A model generated the notes under the pieces. That model made no database searches. It had not been told where the DNA came from and worked only from the letters and a program-made list of their open reading frames with translations. DNA of 63,967 nt, the filler included, from an uncultured Methanosarcinales archaeon (lineage in GTDB: Archaea > Nanobdellota > Nanobdellia > Woesearchaeales > CALCXY01), in NCBI GenBank assembly GCA_964385185.1. It is 7 parts of 7 records of this genome, joined end to end, with 100 filler letters (N's around TTAATTAATTAA, not from the genome) between each part and the next. Parts side by side here need not be neighbours in the genome. Positions count along the whole stretch, not along the records: positions 50,978 to 60,501 come from CAYLOA010000036.1; positions 60,602 to 63,967 come from CAYLOA010000055.1; 5 more parts are not named here. The stretch is one strand, 5' to 3'. This document shows, piece after piece, positions 57,678 through 63,967 of this stretch (its first letter is position 1; every line of letters starts with the position of its first letter). Position numbers and translations under genes: made by a program.

Positions 57678-58661
57678 ATGTCAAAATTACCATTTGAGAA
57701 GATAGAAAGAGAAATCCTAGAGAAGAGAAGGGCAAAGACAGACAAGAAGTTTGGTTGCCCACCTACTGAAAGACCTCTTAAAACTCATATCGACTTAGGG
57801 GTAATCTGCATAAACAAACCAAAAGGTCCTACATCTCACCAAGTTTCAGCATATTTACAAAAAATTCTAAAGATAAAAAAAGCAGGACATGGAGGAACGT
57901 TAGATCCTAAAGTAACGGGAGTCCTCCCAACTGCCATAGGAAGAGCAACAAAAATAGTCCAAACACTTCTACCAGCAGGAAAAGAATATGTGTGTATTAT
58001 GCATCTTCATAAAGAAGTTGATCCAGCAACCATAAAAAAAGTCATGAAATCATTCATAGGTAAAATAAGACAACTTCCCCCCATCAAATCAGCAATTAAA
58101 AGACAGTGGAGAGATAGAAGAATATATTATGTTGATATTAACGAAATAAAAGGACAAGACATTCTTTTCACAGTAGGATGTGAAGCAGGAACCTATATTA
58201 GAAAATTATGCCATGATATGGGAAGAAAGATGGACACAGGTGGTCATATGGCAGAATTAATTAGAACCAAAGCAGGACCATTTAATGATAAAGAGATGTA
58301 TACCCTCCAAGAAGTTACAGATGCTTTTCATTACGCAAATGAAGGCAATGAAACTTTTATCAGAAAGATTGTAAAGCCCATTGAATACGCTGTAACCCAT
58401 CTTCCAAAGATTTGGGTACTAGATTCAGCAATATCTTCATTAACTCACGGAGCAGACTTAAAAGTTCCTGGATTATCAAAATTACATGATCAAATCGAAA
58501 GAGATCAGTTAGTTGCTGTTTTCTCATTAAAAGATGAATTAGTAGCTATTGGAAGATCTGCTTTAGGCAGTACAGAATTCATGAAAGTAGATAAAGGAAT
58601 AGCTGTTAAGGTTAATAAAGTGTTCATGGCAACAGGAACCTATCCTAGAATGGATACTTGA
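57678..58661 (+). CDS. cbf5: Cbf5/TruB pseudouridine synthase
   Basis: KPKGPTSHQV, GHGGTLDPKVTG, CEAGTYIRKLCHD, PUA domain. Confidence 0.96.
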   Translation: MSKLPFEKIEREILEKRRAKTDKKFGCPPTERPLKTHIDLGVICINKPKGPTSHQVSAYLQKILKIKKAGHGGTLDPKVTGVLPTAIGRATKIVQTLLPAGKEYVCIMHLHKEVDPATIKKVMKSFIGKIRQLPPIKSAIKRQWRDRRIYYVDINEIKGQDILFTVGCEAGTYIRKLCHDMGRKMDTGGHMAELIRTKAGPFNDKEMYTLQEVTDAFHYANEGNETFIRKIVKPIEYAVTHLPKIWVLDSAISSLTHGADLKVPGLSKLHDQIERDQLVAVFSLKDELVAIGRSALGSTEFMKVDKGIAVKVNKVFMATGTYPRMDT

Positions 58662-59405
58662 TTATTGCCAAAATACTATCTTTTTTTCTAAAAGTTCAAT
58701 TACATAAAAAATCACAATTCCAGCTAAAGAAATCATAAAAATTCCTGCAAACATAAGACTTGTATCTAAATAATAGGAAGAATTGACTATTAAGTGACCT
58801 ATCCCTGCAGAAGCTCCTGTAAATTCTGCAATAGTCGCTCCAACTATTGAAAAGGTCATAGAAGTCTTAAAGGCAGAAAATACATAGGGTAACGAATTTG
58901 GAATTCTTAACTTGAGCAACATTTGCATTTTTGTAGCATTAAACGAACTAAAAAGATCTAATAATCCTGAATCTACTGATGATAGTCCTTTGTATGTATT
59001 TACAACTACTGGAAAAAATGTCACGAGTGCAGCCATTATTGTTTTTGAAAGTATCCCTGAACCAAACCAAATAACCAATAGCGGTGCCACGGCAAGCATA
59101 GGCATTGTTTGAAGAGCAATAACATAAGGCTCACAGGTATTCTTAAATCCACTATACAATAAAAAAAGCAAAGCTAATACAATACCAAAGAAACTGCCCA
59201 GTAAAAAACCAAGAAAAGCCTCCAGCAAGGTGATTGAGAGGTCATTAATCAAAATGAGATAATTTGATAAGATACTTGTTAGTATCTCATAAGGTGTAGG
59301 AAGTATCACTTCTTGAATTTTGAACACATAATCAATAAGTTCCCATAATCCTAAGAATAAGATTAAGGAAAAAATTATATTTATCCAGTTTTTTTTCTTA
59401 AACAT
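58662..59405 (-). CDS. NitT/TauT-type ABC permease
   Basis: LPTP, PMLAVAPL, FFPVVVNT, EAA-like loop, AEF.GA..GIG. Confidence 0.9.
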   Translation of the reverse strand: MFKKKNWINIIFSLILFLGLWELIDYVFKIQEVILPTPYEILTSILSNYLILINDLSITLLEAFLGFLLGSFFGIVLALLFLLYSGFKNTCEPYVIALQTMPMLAVAPLLVIWFGSGILSKTIMAALVTFFPVVVNTYKGLSSVDSGLLDLFSSFNATKMQMLLKLRIPNSLPYVFSAFKTSMTFSIVGATIAEFTGASAGIGHLIVNSSYYLDTSLMFAGIFMISLAGIVIFYVIELLEKKIVFWQ

Positions 59406-60076
59406 GATACAAGCTCCAAATATGATTTCTTTTGTTGTACCTCAATACTTCGAGGTCTTTTGAGATCTACACCTACAATATCTTTAATGGTAGCAGGTCC
59501 CTTGGACAATACTATCACTTCATCAGAAAGATAGACAGCTTCTTGCAATGAATGAGTTACCAATACTATGGTAATTCCTAATTTTCTATAGATTGCCAAT
59601 AATTCATTGTGCATTTTTTCCTTAGTAAATTCATCAAGAGATGCAAAGGGCTCATCTAGTAACAATACATCTGGTTTAGACACGAGTGCTCGAGCAAGAT
59701 TAACTCTCTGCTTCATACCACCAGAAAGTTGTGTAGGATAATATTCTTCAAATCCCTCTAGGCCTACTAATCTAATTATAACACCCACATCAGTAACCTC
59801 TCCTTTAATCTCTAAGGGTAATTGAATATTCTCAGCTACCGTTCTCCAAGGCAACAATTCTGGATCCTGAAAAACAAAGCTGATCTTCATATTATCAGGA
59901 GAATATCTAACACTACCTTCTGACGGATAGATGAGTTTACCAATAATCTTCAAAAGTGTTGATTTACCACAACCACTGTGACCAACAATGGAAATAATAT
60001 TTCCTTTAGGTATAGAAAGGGAGATATTTTTCAGAACAGATAAATTTCCTTCTTTGAATACTTTAAAAATATGTAC
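59381..60076 (-). pseudogene. NitT/TauT-type ABC ATPase lacking its start codon
   Basis: GHSGCGKST, LSGGMKQR, LLDEPF present; the frame is bounded upstream by TAG (60077-60079) with no ATG/GTG/TTG before Walker A. Confidence 0.7.
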
Positions 60077-60078
60077 CT

Positions 60079-60267
60079 ATGAAGCATTTTAATAATTCCA
60101 TTTCCAAAATAAAGTATTCTGATGTAACACTACCTGTAGGAATTTTTGTATACCAAGATCATGTTATAAATATAGTAGCAGATGACAAGGTAACTGCCTT
60201 CGACATCAAATCAAAGCAAAATGCAGAAAGATACAGAAAATTCTTCTATAGTATATGGAAAAAATAA
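60079..60267 (+). pseudogene. C-terminal fragment of a TrmB-like regulator
   Basis: IFVYQDHV...AFDIKS...AERYRKFFYSIWK; the N-terminal HTH is missing. Confidence 0.55.
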
Positions 60268-60280
60268 AAAAAAGAAATAA

Positions 60281-60501
60281 TTAATCGCTCTTTAATCCTA
60301 GATAGAGTGATACTCCACCTACAACTAAATGAAGGATGTTATCTGCACCATTGACATTTAGGAATCCTAATAGTCCAATGATACCAAGCACAAACACAGC
60401 TAGATAGATTCCACCCAAGTAAGTGTTTACCTTCTTTACAGGTGCTCCTGCAGAAAATCCTGCCCAAGCCCAAATTGCACCAGTTAACAGATGCACGATG
60501 T
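60281..60501 (-). CDS. DUF4383-like membrane protein (5'-truncated)
   Basis: VHLLTG...GGIYL..F.LG...NGADNILHL. Confidence 0.7.
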
Positions 60502-60601
60502 NNNNNNNNNNNNNNNNNNNNNNNNNNNNNNNNNNNNNNNNNNNNTTAATTAATTAANNNNNNNNNNNNNNNNNNNNNNNNNNNNNNNNNNNNNNNNNNN
60601 N
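60502..60601. other. Artificial contig linker
   Basis: N-run with TTAATTAATTAA. Confidence 0.99.
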
Positions 60602-60799
60602 GTAGTTTAGAAAGTGATCCCATTCAGTCTCTTTTACATAGTTTTCTGTTTGTATCCAAGAGTCTATGGCTTCTTTGTTGTTATTTGCTAATTGTTCTAA
60701 ATCTGGGGTGAAGTATCTTGGAATGTCATTCCTCTGTCTATCTCTTGGTCCTTGTTGGACGGTTACTACGATTCCATTCTTAGCTTCATGTATTGCCAT
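60602..60799 (-). CDS. Hypothetical protein (3'-truncated)
   Basis: Open frame from ATG 60799 to the contig end. Confidence 0.5.
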
Positions 60800-60805
60800 T
60801 GTATA

Positions 60806-60896
60806 GTGGACTTTGATTAACTATATAAAATGTTAAAGTCCCCAAAGAGAACTTTGAATAATTATCCATAAATAGGGGTTATTCAAAGTTATCTAT
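60806..60896. repeat. Double-hairpin dispersed repeat, copy B (copy A at 5661-5750)
   Basis: GGACTTTGA...TTAAAGTCC followed by AACTTTGAATAA...TTATTCAAAGTT. Confidence 0.8.
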
Positions 60897-60947
60897 AGTG
60901 TGTAAACTATATATTAGAAGTATAGGTTGTTATATAAAATGATAGGA

Positions 60948-61820
60948 TTAAGCTGTTTTTTTGTATTCCCTTTTTGCTGGGAATTCATGTATTTTCGTAT
61001 CATGATCTTTAAATTTGTACACTTTTTTAGCGTCTTCTCCAGAAAAGGAAAGACCGTAACTTTTTAATTCTCTTTCTCCTAACATTTGCTTATTGGAAAG
61101 TCCTACTACAAATCTTAATCCATTTTCCCCCGTCATACCTAAATGCTTAAATTTGTTATCATGGGCAATATCGTAATTTTTCTTAAAGTGTGATTGCTTC
61201 TTAACCCATGATTCCAGATGATTGTCATCAGATTCTCTATGTTCAGGATTACTTAAAATATGATAATCAAACTTTTTAATCCAATCCTGTGTATGATATC
61301 CATTTTGTTCTTCACTCTTGAAATAGTCTTCAATCCCTTTATACATTTTTGAAGGGGGATCTTTATTTTCTTTAATTTTGGCTCTTAATTGTCCAATTTG
61401 CTCTCGAGAAAGGTTCATAGTATCTTCTGCTAATTTAAAAACGTGCGCCTGAATTTCTTCGGCTGTTTCAAGAGTACCGTCTGAGATTAATTGCTTAAAA
61501 GTTTTTAGGTGTTTTGAGTTACCCTTCATGTGATCTGCTAAACTCATTAAATATGTTCCAAGAATTGTATCTACTACTTTATTGTCTTTAATTGTTTCTC
61601 CTTTTTTTGGGACTTTATATTTACTTTTGATATCGGATAATTCTCCTTTAAATTTTGATTTATGGGCATCATATTTATCGCTAATTTTTCCTACTTCTTG
61701 TATGACTCTTTCTTGTTCAAGATTTCCTGAAAATTCATTAAGAAATTTGTGTGTTCTACTTTCTAAAGATTCATTTCCAGCCATTTGTTCGTTAGATGTG
61801 AAATAATTATCTATACTCAT
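60948..61820 (-). CDS. Hypothetical helical protein
   Basis: 290-aa ORF, no recognised motif. Confidence 0.65.
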   Translation of the reverse strand: MSIDNYFTSNEQMAGNESLESRTHKFLNEFSGNLEQERVIQEVGKISDKYDAHKSKFKGELSDIKSKYKVPKKGETIKDNKVVDTILGTYLMSLADHMKGNSKHLKTFKQLISDGTLETAEEIQAHVFKLAEDTMNLSREQIGQLRAKIKENKDPPSKMYKGIEDYFKSEEQNGYHTQDWIKKFDYHILSNPEHRESDDNHLESWVKKQSHFKKNYDIAHDNKFKHLGMTGENGLRFVVGLSNKQMLGERELKSYGLSFSGEDAKKVYKFKDHDTKIHEFPAKREYKKTA

Positions 61821-61867
61821 TTTAGGTTTGCCTCAATATAAATGTTTCGGTTGTCTAGTATATACTC

Positions 61868-61952
61868 GTCCACAATTACTTTTTGGAATTGTTTGTGGAC
61901 TCGTAATACCAAACCGTAATAATTGTTATCAATTTTAGTTACGGTTTGGTAT
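61868..61952. repeat. Two tandem inverted repeats
   Basis: GTCCACAA...TTGTGGAC and perfect 14-bp ATACCAAACCGTAA...TTACGGTTTGGTAT. Confidence 0.75.
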
Positions 61953-62007
61953 AACAATCATATAGAATAGAAAGTATATAGACTATATAATGAAATCTAT
62001 ATAGAAA

Positions 62008-62409
62008 CTATAGGTTCTTTAGCATGATTGTTTCTTTAAGATCTTCAAAATGGTGATCATTTGTAAGTATTTTAGCATTTTTTTCAAGCGCTGCTGCGTA
62101 GACAAAAGCATCTCCTAGCCCAAATTGCTTTTTTATTTTTCTTTGAGTTGAGTGAAATGTTCCTGCTATATGTGCAGATCCTTCAGTAATTGGGATAATC
62201 TTAGATAAAGTGTATATTGCTTCCATGCATTCTTTGGCATTTCCTTTTTTTCTTAATACTTTGCTTAGCACTTCTGCCACTGTTCCTGAACAGGTATAAC
62301 ATTCATCCTTTTGTAGAAGTTCTTCTATTTTAATTGAGAATGGACCACTTTCAATGTAGTCAATCCATGCGAAGGCATCAATAACATATCGGTTTATTTT
62401 ATGTCCCAT
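62008..62409 (-). CDS. vapC: PIN-domain (VapC) toxin
   Basis: YVIDAFAW, AEV, GLGDA, ILTNDHHF; start MGHKINR at 62409. Confidence 0.88.
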   Translation of the reverse strand: MGHKINRYVIDAFAWIDYIESGPFSIKIEELLQKDECYTCSGTVAEVLSKVLRKKGNAKECMEAIYTLSKIIPITEGSAHIAGTFHSTQRKIKKQFGLGDAFVYAAALEKNAKILTNDHHFEDLKETIMLKNL

Positions 62410-62588
62410 TTGTCTTCTGCAGTTAAATGTCCAATACCTTTGCAACAACCACGATAACTTTTTTTTCTTTTGTTGATTTCTAATCTGATTAATTCATTCG
62501 GATGTATATTTTGTTCATCAACGATATTCTTTGGGATGGTTACAATGAGTGAACCTCCTAATGTCCTTGTTTTAGCTATTGTTTCCAT
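62394..62588 (-). CDS. AbrB/MazE-type antitoxin
   Basis: KTRTLGGSLIVTIPK; overlaps vapC. Confidence 0.85.
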   Translation of the reverse strand: METIAKTRTLGGSLIVTIPKNIVDEQNIHPNELIRLEINKRKKSYRGCCKGIGHLTAEDKWDIK

Positions 62589-62710
62589 GTTATATTACCT
62601 GTTTAATTTTATTATATATTATGTTATATTTAAATGTTTTGATTTCTATGGGTTTGGATCAATTTAATTGAATATTATTCAAGAAATTTTTAACACTTTA
62701 AAATGTAGAC

Positions 62711-62920
62711 CTATATAGCAGGAATTGTAGCTAAACCTTTTTTATTGAGTGTTTTACTCGCATTTAGGAATTCAACTCCTAATAGTTTCCCTTCTTTATC
62801 GTAATCTAGAACTACATTGGGTTTAATTTTTTTGGATTCTTTTACTTCTCCATTTCTAATAGGTGATTTTATGTAAATATAGGCCGCATCCACTCTTTTG
62901 TCATATTCTATCTTCATCAT
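62711..62920 (-). CDS. DUF2283-family putative antitoxin
   Basis: IEYD..VDAAYI...VVLDYDKEGKLLGVEFLNASK. Confidence 0.88.
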   Translation of the reverse strand: MMKIEYDKRVDAAYIYIKSPIRNGEVKESKKIKPNVVLDYDKEGKLLGVEFLNASKTLNKKGLATIPAI

Positions 62921-62921
62921 T

Positions 62922-63131
62922 TTAGATTACCGTTACTATGTTTATATAATTTTCTTTTTTGGCATATACTAATTCGATTGTTCTATTTTCAATATTGGCA
63001 AAAACTGATATCGTTTTATCATGATTGATACATGTTTTAATTGGGAATCTTAAAATATGTCTTATGTGTAGTATACTTATTCCTCTTTGTCTCATTCTCT
63101 TCTTTGCATGATGAGATACTTCAATTCTCAT
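62922..63131 (-). CDS. DUF4258 (RelE/BrnT-like) putative toxin
   Basis: SHHAKKRMRQRGIS...IVTVI; paired with DUF2283. Confidence 0.8.
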   Translation of the reverse strand: MRIEVSHHAKKRMRQRGISILHIRHILRFPIKTCINHDKTISVFANIENRTIELVYAKKENYINIVTVI

Positions 63132-63249
63132 CCTATTTTTTTTATTTTACCCCTTAAAATAGTCCTCAGTTAAAATTTCTGGTATATTTGAAATCCTTCC
63201 GAGAATATGATTTTTATGTCTCACTTTCCAAACATTTTTATATATTTGA

Positions 63250-63909
63250 ATGTTATTGTTGTTAATGAAAAAAGGTTTAGAGAAAGTTATTAGAGAAAAG
63301 GTGAAACCTTTGATTGATTTAGCAACTGTGAAAACATTAGGTATTAGCAGTCCTGAAATTCAGATGGACATTACTGATCATATTTTACGAAGTCCATTAG
63401 TTGATTTACCTGTTGATACTACAACAGATTACAGAAAGGCAAAAAAAGCCTTTAAAGAATTCTACATTCAGAAGTTATTACATTTACATTTTGGAAATGT
63501 CAGTCATGTTGCTAAAATAGCTGGAATTGATCGAAGAAGTATCCATCGATTGGTAACTAAATTTCATATCAATGTCCCAAAGATGCGAAAGGAGATGTTG
63601 AAGGCTGATTATATCAAAGAAACTAAAGTGAGTAGTATTATTGAAGATACCCTGGAGGGTTATAAATCAAGTTTCCATCCTGAGAAAATAAAAGAGTTGT
63701 ATGCATACTTGCCAAAGTTGTCAAAAGATATTGTTAAAGAGTTACCCGATGAACAAGTGAGTTTGAAAGAAGCTGAGGATGTGTTTGACAAACAATACTT
63801 TAAGGCTATATTAGATCAGAATCGAGGTAATATTGCTAAAACTGCACGTCAAGTTAAGTTACGATATGAGACTTTGCATCGGAAATTGAAGAAATTGGGC
63901 TTGATATGA
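63250..63909 (+). CDS. Protein with two Fis/NtrC-type HTH domains
   Basis: GNVSHVAKIAGIDRRSIHR and GNIAKTARQVKLRYETLHRKLKKLG. Confidence 0.8.
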   Translation: MLLLLMKKGLEKVIREKVKPLIDLATVKTLGISSPEIQMDITDHILRSPLVDLPVDTTTDYRKAKKAFKEFYIQKLLHLHFGNVSHVAKIAGIDRRSIHRLVTKFHINVPKMRKEMLKADYIKETKVSSIIEDTLEGYKSSFHPEKIKELYAYLPKLSKDIVKELPDEQVSLKEAEDVFDKQYFKAILDQNRGNIAKTARQVKLRYETLHRKLKKLGLI

Positions 63910-63967
63910 CACAAATGTCCCACATATGTATACTCTACAATATAGATACTTAAGAATATAGGTTGGT

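Overview
This window is not continuous chromosome. It is seven assembly contigs (about 9.5-10.7 kb each; the first and last are cut by the window edges) joined by artificial 100-nt N/TTAATTAATTAA/N linkers at 10722-10821, 21092-21191, 31394-31493, 41218-41317, 50878-50977 and 60502-60601. Gene adjacency across a linker therefore carries no meaning. The gene content is archaeal (PolD DP2, aIF2-beta, Rpo11, eS19/eL39/eL31, uS15, Cbf5, archaeal CCA enzyme, NurA, XerA). Together with the AT richness, bacterial-type class II aldolase and many large surface proteins, this fits a DPANN (Woesearchaeota-like) MAG, which is an inference. Main candidates for new biology: (1) A 36.6-41.2 kb locus combining a helically phased 11-bp iteron-like array, a second GTCGTC motif, two coiled-coil/winged-helix genes, a textbook 11-6-11 dif-like site and xerA. 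This is a candidate chromosome segregation/resolution (or initiation) hub. (2) A class II ribonucleotide reductase paralog with substituted catalytic residues, directly behind another nrdJ. (3) Two families of short structured repeats with compensatory base changes. (4) Gene-end duplications interrupted by hairpins, at dcd and rpl39e. (5) A regulated Ig-fold fibre/surface cluster with a pervasive TM-ITG motif. No rRNA, tRNA or CRISPR array was seen. All assignments come from motif reading only; no database searches were run.
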